Positions 44,280-55,796 of a stretch of 64,000 nt of DNA are shown here, in pieces. Made by a program: the position numbers and the translations under genes. The notes beneath the pieces were generated by a model. The model was not told where the DNA came from. It ran no database searches and saw only the letters and a program-made list of their open reading frames with translations. Positions within the stretch are counted from its first letter, which is position 1. Each line of letters opens with the position of its first letter. This DNA comes from an uncultured Acidobacteriota bacterium (lineage in GTDB: Bacteria; Acidobacteriota; UBA6911), in assembly GCA_963827655.1 (NCBI GenBank), contig CAWHCF010000004.1, positions 96,001 to 160,000 on the forward strand, written 5' to 3'.

Positions 44280-45473
44280 ATGGATTTTACTTACAGCATT
44301 GAGGAGCAGGCGTTTCGCCGGGAAGTACTCGGCTGGATCCGCGAGAACGTGCCCGGTGATTGGGGAAGTCGCGCCTGGCCCATACCCGAAGATGAAGCTG
44401 AGCTCGCTCGCGCGATATGCCTCTGGGAGCGCAGGCTCAACGAGGGAGGGTGGGCGGGAATCACCTGGCCCAAAGAGTATGGTGGCCGCGGCGCCACGCC
44501 GATCGAGCAGTTCATATTCCAGGAGGAAATGGCCGCTTACAAGACCCCTCCGACCCATAACGTGATCGGGATCGGGATGGCCGGTCCGACGATTATGACC
44601 TGGGGTACTCCGGAGCAGAAGGAGGCTCACCTCAAGAAAATTCTTTCGGGCGAGGAAATCTGGTGCCAGGGGTTTTCCGAGCCGAATGCGGGGAGCGACC
44701 TCGCCGGCCTGCAAGCGAGCGCGATTCCCAATGGCGACCACTACGTGGTTAACGGCCAGAAGATCTGGACCTCGGTCGCGCACCGCGCCGACTGGTGCAT
44801 CCTGGTGGCGCGCACCGATTCCCGCGCGGAGAAACACAAAGGGCTGACCTACCTCATGGTTGATATGAAGTCTCCCGGAGTTCAGGTAAAGCCTCTGAGA
44901 CAGATCACCGGCGATTCTGAGTTCAACGAGATTTTCTTCACCGACGTGAAGGTTCCCAGGGAGAATCTTCTGGGCAAGGAAAACCAGGGCTGGATGGTGG
45001 CGATTACGACCCTGATGCACGAGCGCGTCAACATCGCCGCAATGCTCTATTCGCGCATCAAGCAGACGCTGAACGACGTGGTTCAGCTGACCCGCCGGAT
45101 CGAGCGCAACGGACGGCGTCTTAGCGAAGATCCGGACGTGCGCCGGAAGCTGGCGCGTTTCTACTGCTCGGTCGAAACCCAGCGGCTGAACAATCTCCGC
45201 ATGCGCGCTCACATGAAAGCCGCCGACGACCCTGGTCCCATCGGCTCGATCTTCAAACTGATCTGGGCTACGGCCAACCAGGAACTTCTGGAGCTGCCGG
45301 TCGAAATTCTCGGTCCGTACGCGGAACAGCTCCCCGGCAGCGCGGCCCATAACAACGACGTCGACATCTGGATGAAGCATTTCCTGCGCTCGCGCGCCAA
45401 CTCGATTGAAGGCGGCACGTCGGAAATATTGCGCAACATTATTGGCGAGCGAGTCCTCGGTCTGCCGCGCTAG
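44280..45473 (+). CDS. acyl-CoA dehydrogenase (catalytic-type subunit)
   Basis: WPKEYGG, WCQGFSEPNAGSDLA, NGQKIWTS, FNEIFF, IEGGTSEILRNIIGERVLGLPR. Confidence 0.92.
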   Translation: MDFTYSIEEQAFRREVLGWIRENVPGDWGSRAWPIPEDEAELARAICLWERRLNEGGWAGITWPKEYGGRGATPIEQFIFQEEMAAYKTPPTHNVIGIGMAGPTIMTWGTPEQKEAHLKKILSGEEIWCQGFSEPNAGSDLAGLQASAIPNGDHYVVNGQKIWTSVAHRADWCILVARTDSRAEKHKGLTYLMVDMKSPGVQVKPLRQITGDSEFNEIFFTDVKVPRENLLGKENQGWMVAITTLMHERVNIAAMLYSRIKQTLNDVVQLTRRIERNGRRLSEDPDVRRKLARFYCSVETQRLNNLRMRAHMKAADDPGPIGSIFKLIWATANQELLELPVEILGPYAEQLPGSAAHNNDVDIWMKHFLRSRANSIEGGTSEILRNIIGERVLGLPR

Positions 45474-45511
45474 TTTCAACCACCCACTGCCAGGACACCA
45501 AAAAGGAAGAG

Positions 45512-46646
45512 ATGAACCTGGAACTGAGCGAGGAACAGAAGATTCTTGGTGAGAGTGTCGCCCGATTCTGTAAGGCCGAGATTTCCATGGAAACGGTTCG
45601 CCGGCTGGCTGATCATCCCAAGGGGATGCCGGACGAGCTCTGGCAAAAGATCGCCGAGCAAGCCTGGCTGGGCGTGATGATTCCCGAGCCGTACGGCGGT
45701 TTGGGTCTCGGAGTCACCGAGCTTGGGATCATTCTGGAAGAAATGGGGCGGGCTCTCGTTCCGGGACCCTATTTCGCCACGGCGGCACTCGGAGCGCCCG
45801 CGATCGTCTTGGGAGGAAATGAAGCGCTGAAGAGTCCGCTGGCTGGAAAGAATCGCCGGAGGCGAAACGAAGGCGACCGTCGGGATTCTCGAAGAAGACG
45901 GCCAGCTTGGCCCGGAGCACGTCAAGGCCACTGCGGTAAAGAGCAGCGAGGGGTACGTTCTCAACGGGAAGAAGTTCTTTGTCCCTGACCTGGCCGCGGC
46001 CGATATTGCTGTCATCGCCGCCCGTACGGGCGAAGGTGAAGACTGCGTTACCCTTTTCCTGGTAGAAACCGGAGCTTCTGGTGTCTCAATCGAGGAGAAC
46101 AGACTCACCGATTCGACCAGCCGTTCCGGTCAGCTCGTCTTGAAAGATGTTCAGGTAGGTCACGATTCCGTTCTGGGGACCCCGGATCAAGGATGGGAAG
46201 TCGTGGATCGGGTTCTTCTAGTCGCCAATGTGGGGATTGCGGCCGGTTCGGTAGCGGCGGCAGAGCGGGTCCTCAGGCAGGCTGTGGCCTACGCGCGAGA
46301 ACGGAAGCAATTTGGCGTGCCGATCGGATCGTTCCAGGCTGTCAAGCATCCGCTCGCCAACTTGTTCGCCGAAATCGAAAGCGCCCGGTCGGCTTACCAC
46401 TATGCTGCCTGGGCGGTGGATGCGCGGAGTAGTCAAGCGCGCAGCGCAGTGGCTGTGGCCAGGCTTACCGGCACCGATGCTTATCGGAAGGCGGCGCTGA
46501 TAAGCCTTCAGACTCACGGCGGAATCGGCTTCACCTGGGAGTACGACCTTCACTTTCATCTCAAGCGGGCCATGCACAATCAATGCTTCCTCGGAGTCCC
46601 GGCCGACTACGAACAGGCCGTCGCGCGCGAGGCGCTGGGCGTCTGA
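45512..46646 (+). CDS. acyl-CoA dehydrogenase partner subunit (frameshift near 45840)
   Basis: PEPYGGLG, LNGKKFFVPD, RKQFGVPIGSFQAVKH, QTHGGIGFTWEYDLH. Confidence 0.85.
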
Positions 46647-46663
46647 CGGTGTAACAAAAAAAT

Positions 46664-46702
46664 CCACCACAAAGACACGAAGACACAAAGAAACTCTAAG
46701 AA
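46664..46702. repeat. dispersed 9-nt-period repeat
   Basis: ccaccacaaagacacgaagacacaaagaaactctaaga between convergent genes. Confidence 0.65.
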
Positions 46703-47793
46703 AGCGCGCGCTCGTAGCAACGCATCGTCGCGCGGGCCGCAGCTTCCCAGGTATACTGCCGGGCTCGTTCCCGACCTCTTGCCGCCAGGACCAAGCGCTT
46801 TTCCTCATCCCGGGCCGCTTCTTCGAGCGCGATCCGCCATTGGTCCACGTCATCAACATCGGCGATCCAACCGGCGTCTCCTACCAGCGATGTCAGCGGC
46901 TCAATCCGTGCGACCACCACGGCGGTGCCGGAGGTCATGGCCTCCAGCACCGGCAATCCGAATCCTTCCATTCGAGAGGGATAGACGAAAGCCAGCGCGG
47001 CTTGCATCAGAGCAGGCAGGTCGTCTTCCACGACGTAGTCCAGTAACCGCACCCTCGACTGGATTCGCAATCTACCAAGACTGCGCATGACGTCTTTCCA
47101 GAGCCAGGCTCTGCTGCCGGCCAGGACCAGCTCGACTTGATTCAGGTTCGACTGTCCAAAGGCCTCCAGGAGCAGAAGAAGGTTTTTTCGAGGTTCGATG
47201 TTGCCGAGATAAAAGAAGAAGGGCCTTGCGAGGCGATACTTCTGCAATACCGCCTCTTTTTGCTCCGCACTGCAGACTTTGGTGAAGATCTTTCGGGCGC
47301 CGAGGGGGACTACGCAGAGCCTGGAGGGTGGGACCGGCAGCCAGGCGCTCAAGTCGGCGCGGGTTGCTTCGGAGTCGCAGAGGACGACGCGCGCGCCGAG
47401 GATTGCGGGGCGAATCAGCCTGCGCATCCAGATTCTGCGGGTCCAGGGATGCCACTCGGGGTGTCGAATGAGGCTCAGGTCGTGAACCGTGACTACGTAG
47501 GGGACGCGTACACGCAGAGGCGCGACGCTGTTGGTAAAGTGACACAAATCGGGATGGTATTGCGCCAGGATGCGAGGCAACCAGGCTTGCATCCAGATCT
47601 CCTTGATGGGGAAGGCAAGTTTCTGGGTGCGAATCAGATTGACTGCGCGCGGGACATAGTCCGGAAGATGGGACAGTACCAGATACTCCCGGTCGGGAAA
47701 CTCCGTCGAGAGAGCGTCGAGTAGTGAGGCGGCATAGTGGCCTACTCCAGACTGGTACTTTCGCAGGGGACTGGCGTCAAATCCGATTCTCAT
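46696..47793 (-). CDS. glycosyltransferase family 4 (mannosyltransferase-like)
   Basis: MRIGFDA, TVHDL, GNIEPRKN, YPSRMEGFGLPVLEAM. Confidence 0.9.
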   Translation of the reverse strand: MRIGFDASPLRKYQSGVGHYAASLLDALSTEFPDREYLVLSHLPDYVPRAVNLIRTQKLAFPIKEIWMQAWLPRILAQYHPDLCHFTNSVAPLRVRVPYVVTVHDLSLIRHPEWHPWTRRIWMRRLIRPAILGARVVLCDSEATRADLSAWLPVPPSRLCVVPLGARKIFTKVCSAEQKEAVLQKYRLARPFFFYLGNIEPRKNLLLLLEAFGQSNLNQVELVLAGSRAWLWKDVMRSLGRLRIQSRVRLLDYVVEDDLPALMQAALAFVYPSRMEGFGLPVLEAMTSGTAVVVARIEPLTSLVGDAGWIADVDDVDQWRIALEEAARDEEKRLVLAARGRERARQYTWEAAARATMRCYERALS

Positions 47794-49543
47794 CGGGATC
47801 ATTGCCGCTCGCACATACGACACCTAAAGAAATCCAGAAAAGCAGAAAGGTCGGAGTGAATTTCAAGAAATAATCGACCGAACCATGCAGCAAGAAAGCC
47901 AGGAAGTATGTTATTCCATAAAAAACTGTTGCACGATCGGCTGGCGACATGGCCTGGCGCAGTCTGGCCCATAAAGCCCGGCCCATCTCGAAAAGTAGCC
48001 AGAGCAGCGACAGGAAGCCGATGATCCCGCTTCCGGCGAGATACTCCAGATAGAGACTGTTGGCTAGAATGGTGTCGTCTCCCGCAGGAATATCCATGTA
48101 CTTCCACTTGAGAAGCCGGAAGCTGTCGGGACCCAAGCCGAACCAGGGTCTCTCGCGAAACATTTTGAGGGCCGCGCGCCACAGACTCCATCGGCTGGGA
48201 ACCAGATTCCGACCCTGGGTGTCTCGTTCCTGCTGCAGGAGCTTGCCATGCGCGAAGGCTTCGCCTGTCGGAAGCGGAGCAGGGCCGTTTTTCGAGTCAT
48301 GGATGATGATGATCTGAGGTGTCGAGTTGGAACGCTCAACCTCTTCGATATACGAATGGCGCTCGGGAAATGAACCACACGAGCGTGTACTCCCCTTCGC
48401 GCGAAGGTGTCTTAAGCATTACTTCCACCTTTCGTTCCTCGCCAGGGAGTACGTCTGAAGCGAAGATCGCTCCCTCCATCAACGCGCTCGGCTCCCCCGT
48501 GGCAAAACGATACCAGCGATACGCGACGCCAAATCGCTTCCCCTCCCACGCTGTCGAAGAATCGTTCCGGACAATTATGGCTTCCCGGTATTCCTGACCC
48601 GGAGATAAGTATCGGACCGGGTCTGTAACGGGAAGCGAATAGTGCGCGACGCGGCTTCCGGCAGCCGGGGCCTGGGTCTCGATGTGGGCATAGCGCAGTC
48701 TGACGGCGTTACCTATTCCGGCCAGCAGCACCACAACGGTTCCTGCGACGGCCAGTCTCCACCATTTCTTGACGAACGATTCTCGAAAGACCCACTATTG
48801 CGGTTACCAGCGCGAGGATGGCGGAGCCCAGAGCCCCGCGCGAATAGGTCAAGAAGATCGCCGGCACCTGAACGGCCGCAGCCGTGAACCAGAGTCCCGG
48901 CAAGCGCTGCGATCCAGACGCCGGTCGAACAGCCGCGAGGGCGATAGTAGCGGCGAGCGACGCCACCAGGAAATGCGCGGCCGTATTAGGGTTCTCCATT
49001 GTGGATTTGAAACGCACGCGGCCCCCCACCAAATGATCGCTCGACTGGAAAATCTGCGCGATGCTGTCGAAGAACCGGATGCCCGCATGTTCGCCCAAAC
49101 CGATGACGGCCGTACAGAATCCCGCGATCGAAAGCGCAATGAGAAGACGTACGCCCGTGTGACGCCGGACCGTTGCCCTGCGGCTCAGGTCGGCCGCCGC
49201 GATCAGCATGACTACTCCAAGGAGCGACTTCACAGAGGCTTTGGCTGCATTGAACCTGAATTCGGTCGCGAGCATTGCGGCAAGTGCTTGCGAGACGATG
49301 TATAGGAGACGAGGCTAGCAGGAGACGGGGTGGCAGGGAAGGACTGAGCTTGCGCAGGATGGAGCCCGAAGACGTGGCCGCCTCGACCATCTTCATCACG
49401 ATCCAGCATCCCAGGAAAAGAATGAGCTGGAGCTTCAGGCTGGTATACAGGGACTCGGTCGTCGTGTAGAAGTAATACTCGAAAGGAAGCCCCAGGATCA
49501 GAGCATACAGAAGAATCTCACAAGCTTGTCGGAGCACCTGCAC
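47777..49543 (-). CDS. O-antigen ligase/Wzy-like membrane protein with Ig-like insert, several frameshifts
   Basis: STMENPN, LTYSRGA, R..LW.AA..MFRERPWFGLGPDSF, ANSLYLE, HGSVDY; N.SS..W...P..G.YTL Ig-like segment. Confidence 0.72.
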
Positions 49544-49771
49544 CTCTCGATCCAGTGTTTCTTCGAGTCTTTGCGTCCTGGTGGCGCCGTTGCACTGACC
49601 GCCAAGACACAACGACCCGAAGCATCTTAGCGGAACGATGGATTCATGCGCTAGACTCCGATGCGGCCGACCCTGCGCTGTGTCCTGGCGGTAGTTTTCG
49701 TTTGCAAGGTCTCGATCACACGACTAATATTCTTTACGCATTTGAAAGACGGCCTTTTTACGGACGATTCA

Positions 49772-51274
49772 ATGCCCTCGAGAAAGATAGTCTTCTTCTT
49801 CCCTGCCTTCTCCAGTCTCGAAGCAACTGCGCCGCTCGGGATTCTGGCGGTTGCTACTCCTCTGCTTCGAGCAGGCTATCAGGTCCGGATCATCGATTCG
49901 ACCATCACGCCAGGATTTCAGAAGCGCGTCCTGGAGGAGCTTCAGGATGCCCTGTGCCTCGCGGTTTCGCTGGTGACTGGACCCATGATCCGCGAAACAG
50001 TTGCGATTGCGCGGGAAACCAAGAAGCTCTATCCCAAGCTGCCGGTGATCCTCGGTGGATGGCATCCCTCGCTGCTGCCGGACCAGACTCTCGCGGCGGA
50101 CTATGTTGACATTGTCGTGAGAGGTCAGGGAGAAGACGCACTCCTCGAGATCGTCGAGCGTCTGGAAGCGGGGGCCTCGCTCGAGGGAATTGATGGCGTG
50201 GGTTACAAGGAAGACGGAAGACTGGTTTTTAATCGGCCGCGTCCCCTGACCCCGATCCGAGATCTTCCTCCCAAAGCCTATCATCTGGCTGATTTCGACG
50301 CGTATGAACGGGTGTGCGGCCGCCGCTGGGCCATGTACATTTCCAGCCTTGCCTGTCCCTATAGCTGCGCCTACTGCACCAATGAAGGAGTATACGGCCG
50401 GCAGTGGAACGCGCTGGAACCGGAGCAGGTGGTCGAGGAGACCACCGATCTGGTTACGCGCTATGGGCTGCAGCTGCTGTGGGTCGTGGATGACAACTTT
50501 CTGGTTGACCGCGAGCGCGCGGTGAAGATCGCAGAAGGGCTCGTGCGCCGCGGAGTCTCATTCGACTGGAGCATCCAGGCCTCGACCAACCTTGTGACAC
50601 GCCTGTCGGTCGAAGAGCTGAAGCTTCTTCGTCGCGCGGGCCTGTCGCAAATCTGCCACGGCGCAGAATCGGCATCCCCGAAGGTGTTGAAGCTGATGAA
50701 CAAGGACTTTCAAAAAATCGACACCATTTACGGGGCGGCGGAGAAGTGCGTACAGGCGGGAATTCGGCCATCGTTCAACGTCATCTTCGGCTTTCCCGGC
50801 GAAGGTGAGCCGGAAAGGCAGGAGACGATTCGCTTCATCATGGACGTCTGCCGCCGCTATCCGGGAGCCGAATTCTGGACCAATATTTTCACGCCTTATC
50901 CGGGCGCCCCGATCATGCAGCGCGCGGCGGAATTAGGCATCGAGACCCCGGATTCATTCGAGGGATGGGCCGATTTTTTCCCTCGCTATACCATTCTCCC
51001 GTGGCTGAAAGGACGCAGCCATCAAAGGGTCCAGGCCATGCGCGACTACCTTCGAGTTGCGTTTGATCGAGTCCCGATTGCAAGCGATCGACGGCACAGG
51101 GTCACTCGCCTGGTTCACCAGGCGATAAGCCTTCCGGCTCGCTGGCGCCTGGATCACAACGTCTATGGCCTTCCCCTCGAAATCTGGGCCAAGAACGCGG
51201 TGAATCGAGTGTTTGAATCACCCAAACCGATAGTGGACGCCCAGCAGTTGTCCTCGGAACCTGTCACATGTTAG
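49772..51274 (+). CDS. B12-binding radical SAM protein 1
   Basis: PLGIL, GGWHPSLLP, VVRGQGE, CPYSCAYC, VDDNF, GAES, GFPGE, TPYPG. Confidence 0.9.
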   Translation: MPSRKIVFFFPAFSSLEATAPLGILAVATPLLRAGYQVRIIDSTITPGFQKRVLEELQDALCLAVSLVTGPMIRETVAIARETKKLYPKLPVILGGWHPSLLPDQTLAADYVDIVVRGQGEDALLEIVERLEAGASLEGIDGVGYKEDGRLVFNRPRPLTPIRDLPPKAYHLADFDAYERVCGRRWAMYISSLACPYSCAYCTNEGVYGRQWNALEPEQVVEETTDLVTRYGLQLLWVVDDNFLVDRERAVKIAEGLVRRGVSFDWSIQASTNLVTRLSVEELKLLRRAGLSQICHGAESASPKVLKLMNKDFQKIDTIYGAAEKCVQAGIRPSFNVIFGFPGEGEPERQETIRFIMDVCRRYPGAEFWTNIFTPYPGAPIMQRAAELGIETPDSFEGWADFFPRYTILPWLKGRSHQRVQAMRDYLRVAFDRVPIASDRRHRVTRLVHQAISLPARWRLDHNVYGLPLEIWAKNAVNRVFESPKPIVDAQQLSSEPVTC

Positions 51275-51402
51275 GCGGACGGGCTATCGGGCTTCCGCCG
51301 TGGAACGAATTGAAGGCTTTTCAAATACCGGGTTGGAACTGAGTAGGAAAATATCTTAACCCAACCCTGGCCTCCCTGGCACCAGCTTCCTACTCCAATT
51401 CA

Positions 51403-52903
51403 ATGAATAATAAAGTTGTGTTGTTCCTTCCGCCTTATACTGGTGCCCCGCTGGGCCCGCCCCTGGGACTTCTCTGCCTGGCGTCTCCTCTTCGTGAAAC
51501 AGGGTATGAGGTTAAGATCATCGATGCGTCTATAACTCCGAACTATCTTGAACTCGTCCGAAGAGAAATTCAGGACGCGCTCTGTTTCGGCGTCTCTTTG
51601 CTCACAGGACCCATGATCCGAGGCGCGATCGCAGCCAGTTCCCTGGTCAAGAGTCTGCGGCCCGACCTCCCCGTAGTGTTCGGCGGATGGCACCCCAGCC
51701 TCTTGCCCGCGCAAACCCTGCGCGAAAGCTTTGTCGACATCGTGGTCCGCAATCAGGGGGAGATCACGTTCCTGGAGGTGGTGGAGCGGATTCGATCGAA
51801 TCAAAGTCTCACAGGTGTTCAGGGTTGTTCGTTCAAGTCAACCGGCCAGATTCATCACAATCCCGATCGTCCGGTCGCGCGGATCGAGACGCTGCCTGCG
51901 CCGGCATACGAGCTGGCGGATTTCGATGCTTACGAAGCAGGTGAGCGGTGAGCGAAAGCTCCCCTATGCCAGCAGTGTCGGCTGCCCTTATGCTTGCAAC
52001 TACTGCACCGATACGGTGTTCTACAAGCGGCGCTTCAATGCCTATAGCGCCGCAGAGGGTGGTGCGAGAAGTAACGGCGCTGGTCGCCCGCCATCGGTTG
52101 AGTGAAGTGGCGATGCTGGATTCCAACTTTCTGGTCGACACGCGCCGGGCGGTAGAGATCGCTCGAGGATTTCTGGCATCCGGCTTGCGCTTCCGGTGGA
52201 CCTTCCAGGCTTCGACCGATCTCCTGTGCCGGATGAGCGACGAGGAGGTGCGACTCCTCGGTGACAGCGGCGTCAGCCACATTGGATTCGGGACCGAATC
52301 GGCATCAGCCGAGGTCCTGGAGAAGATGGACAAGCATCATCAGCCAGATCCCGGACATGTTCGAGACCGGGCGTAAATGCCGGCAGGCCGGAATCCGGGC
52401 CACGTTCAATTTGATTCTGGGCTACCCCGGTGAAACGGAGCGGGATCGCTGCGAAACGTTGCGTGTCATGAGCGAGATCGGTCAGCGTTTCGACAATGTG
52501 ACTTTTTCTCCCAATATTTTCACCCCTTACCCCGGAATTCCAATCTGGCCTGAACTCCGAAACCTCGGGGTGAAGGAGCCGGAAACGCTCGAAGCCTGGA
52601 GCACGATCGCTCTGGGAACCAACATGCTGCCATGGCTGCGGGGCGAACCTTATCGCAACGTGAAGCGCAGCATGTCGTTTTTCATGTTGAACAACGAAAT
52701 CACAAAGCTGATCCGCAGAGGTTCGCTCGTCACGTCTGCACCGCTTCCTGCTGCGCGCGTTACAACGACCCTTGCACTGGCGCATGAAGCATTACTGCTT
52801 TCGATGCCCGCTCGAGCTCTGGGTCGTGAGAAACCGGCTGGTGATGCGCCGTTCACTCCTCACCGGTCAAAGCTTGGGAGAGAGCCTTTCGGAGACCTGT
52901 TGA
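51403..52903 (+). CDS. B12-binding radical SAM protein 2 (several frameshifts)
   Basis: PLGLL, GGWHPSLLP, NQGE, CPYACNYC, LDSNF, GTES, GYPGE, TPYPG; reconstructed end ...SLSETC*. Confidence 0.83.
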
Positions 52904-52966
52904 CAAGAGCAGTAGGCAGTAGGCAGCGGGCTGGCGCGTCCGCCACAGAGAAGCGGAGCGGGTATA

Positions 52967-54409
52967 ATGGCTGATATTCTCCTGACTCATTGCAACCACC
53001 TGTACTTCGATCGCAAGCAGGTGCGCAAAATGCAGCCCTACCCTCCGTTGCAGACCCTGATCGCGGCGGCCCTGCTGCGCAGGGAAGGGTTCGATGTGGC
53101 GCTGTTTGACTCCACGCTGGAGCCGCCGGAAGAGGGCTTCCGGGCCGCGCTGGCACGACACCGGCCGCGTCTCGTCGCTCTGTGCGAAGACAACTTTAAC
53201 TTTCTGACCAAGATGTGCCTTACCCGGAACCGGGAGCTTGCGTTCTCGATGTGCCGGACGGCCAAAGAAACTGCGATTCCGGTCCTGGTGAACAGCTCGG
53301 ACGCGACGGATCACGCCGGGGAATACCTGTCAAACGGCGTCGACTATGTCATGGTGGGCGAGCTAGAGCATACCCTGCTGGAAACGGCGCGATGCCTTCT
53401 CGAGGGCCACACCGATCGGATCGAAAACATCGATGGCCTCGTGTACCTCGACTCGCGCACGGGCGCGGCGCGCTACAACCGGCCGCGGGGGGTCATGGCG
53501 AACCTCGATCTCTTGCCCCTCGCCGCCTGGGACCTGATCGACGTGGCGCCCTACCGCCAGGCCTGGATGCAGGCCCACGGCTATTTTTCGCTGAACATGG
53601 TTTCCAGCCGCGGTTGTCCATATCATTGCAACTGGTGTGCGAAACCGATCTACGGCCAGAGTTACCATTATTGCTCGCCCGATCGGATCGCCCGCGAGAT
53701 GCAGCATCTAAAGACCCACCTGCGGCCCGACCATATCTGGTTCGCGGACGACATTTTTGCGCTTTCGGCGCAGTGGACTGCGCAGTTCGCAGACGCGGTC
53801 GAGAATCTTCGGGCGCAGATACCCTTCAAGATGCAATCTCGCTGCGACCTGATGACCCGGCCTACCGTTGCGGCGCTCAGGCGCGCCGGCTGCTCCGAGG
53901 TTTGGATGGGGGCCGAGTCCGGATCTCAGAGAATCCTGGATGCAATGGACAAAGGAATTTGCCTCGAGCAGATTCACCAGGCCCGCGAGAATCTGCGCCG
54001 GCACGAGATTCGCGCTTGTTTCTTCCTGCAGTTCGGTTATCCGGGGGAGGATTGGGACGATATCCAGAGCACGATCCGGCTGGTTCGGGAGACAGAGCCC
54101 GACGACATAGGAGTCTCGGTTGCCTATCCCCTGCCGGGCACGAAGTTCCACGAAAGAGTGGTCGCCCAGCTGGGTGAAAAGAAGAACTGGCTCGATAGCG
54201 ACGACCTGGCCATGATGTTCCGCGGCACTTATACCAACGATCTCTATCACGCCTTGCACGACGCGCTCCACCTCGAAGTGGATCTCCGGAAAAGCAAAGA
54301 CAAGGACAACGAGAGGCACAAGGCTCTGCGTGACCTCTGGGCCCGAGTGGAAGAATTACGCACTACCTGTGCCAATCCTGATCCCACGGTTCTATGGACC
54401 TCCTCCTGA
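52967..54409 (+). CDS. B12-binding radical SAM protein 3
   Basis: PYPPLQ, SRGCPYHCNWC, ADDIF, GAESGSQRILDAMDK, GYPGE, YPLPGT. Confidence 0.9.
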   Translation: MADILLTHCNHLYFDRKQVRKMQPYPPLQTLIAAALLRREGFDVALFDSTLEPPEEGFRAALARHRPRLVALCEDNFNFLTKMCLTRNRELAFSMCRTAKETAIPVLVNSSDATDHAGEYLSNGVDYVMVGELEHTLLETARCLLEGHTDRIENIDGLVYLDSRTGAARYNRPRGVMANLDLLPLAAWDLIDVAPYRQAWMQAHGYFSLNMVSSRGCPYHCNWCAKPIYGQSYHYCSPDRIAREMQHLKTHLRPDHIWFADDIFALSAQWTAQFADAVENLRAQIPFKMQSRCDLMTRPTVAALRRAGCSEVWMGAESGSQRILDAMDKGICLEQIHQARENLRRHEIRACFFLQFGYPGEDWDDIQSTIRLVRETEPDDIGVSVAYPLPGTKFHERVVAQLGEKKNWLDSDDLAMMFRGTYTNDLYHALHDALHLEVDLRKSKDKDNERHKALRDLWARVEELRTTCANPDPTVLWTSS

Positions 54410-55796
54410 CCCACGGTTATTTTCTCAGAGAAGACCCGAAAGAGCTTGCGGTCATGAAGCCCTACGCTCCGCTCGGGATTCTCTATCTGTCCTCTCATCT
54501 CAGGAAAAAAGGATTCGAGGTCGAGATCTTCGATACAACTTTCCGCGCGCGCGCAGATCTTCTCGCGATTGCTCGAGACCGGTCCTCCTTCGGTGGTGGG
54601 CATCTACGGAAATCTTATGACGCGCCGGACCGTCCTGGAGTTGACCGCATGCGCGCGGGACGCCGGGTGGACCGTCATTCTGGGAGGCCCGGAACCCTCC
54701 ACCTATGCCCGGGAATATCTGGAGGCCGGCGCTCATGTCATCGTGCAGGGCGAGGGCGAGATAACCATGGAGGAACTGCTCCCTGCATTGCGAGCCGGTC
54801 GCGACGCGCGCGCTCGAGCGCGTCAACGGCATCATCTTCCGGCGCGCGGATGGTTCGGTTGCACACACTCCGCCGCGTACTTTAATCGCCGATCTTGACT
54901 CGCTGTCCTGGCCCGACCGGGAACGCGTGGACATCGAAGACTATATCAAGGTCTGGAAAGACCATCACGGCATGGGCTCGGTCTCGGTCATAACCGCCCG
55001 CGGGTGCCCTTATCATTGTCGCTGGTGCAGTCACTCCACTTATGGCAAGACCCACCGAAGGCGATCGGCCGGATGTGTGGTGGACGAGGTCGAGTGGATC
55101 GTTCAACGCTACCAGCCGGACATGCTCTGGATCGCCGACGACGTATTCACTATCCATCACGGGTGGATTTACCGGTACGCGGAGGAAATGAAGCGGCGCA
55201 ATCTTCGGATCGCGTTCGAGTGCATCACGAGAGCCGATCGCCTGAATCCCAGAATCGCCGACACATTGGCCGAGCTGGGTTGCTTTCGCGTCTGGGTAGG
55301 GTCCGAGAGCGGATCCCAGCGAATACTGGATGCCATGGAACGAGGAGTTACGGTGGAGCAGGTCCGGCAGTCCATTCATCTTTTGCGCGCCCGGGGCATT
55401 CAAACCGGAATGTTCCTCATGTGGGGTTATGAAGGGGAAGACATATCGGATATCGAAGCCACCGTGACTCACGTCAAGTCTTCCATGCCCGACGTCTTTC
55501 TCACGACGGTTTCTTATCCGATCCGGGGAACGCCCTATTACGAAGAAGTCGAGTCGCGGCTGGTCAACCTGGCCGAGTGGAGCCGAACCACAGACCGGGA
55601 CTTCAAGCTTCGCGGACGTCACTCGAGGAGGTTCTTCGGGTTTGCCGATCAGCTGCTGAAGAATGAAGTCGGGCTCCACAAGTTGATGATTTCGCCGGAA
55701 GCGTCTCCCGACGCCGCCACGGTGGCATACTTTCGGAGACAGATTGACGAAGCCCGGCAGGGGCTTCAGCAATCGTACGAAGAGGTCGAAGCGTGA
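54394..55796 (+). CDS. B12-binding radical SAM protein 4 (frameshifts near 54560 and 54810)
   Basis: PYAPLGILYL, LGGPEP, VQGEGE, ARGCPYHCRWC, ADDVF, GSESGSQRILDAM, YPIRGT. Confidence 0.87.

Noticed and set aside
49555-49771. Cobalamin riboswitch upstream of the B12 enzymes
   Set aside because: No recognisable B12 box or conserved core; the region is largely a dispersed repeat and promoter-like sequence.
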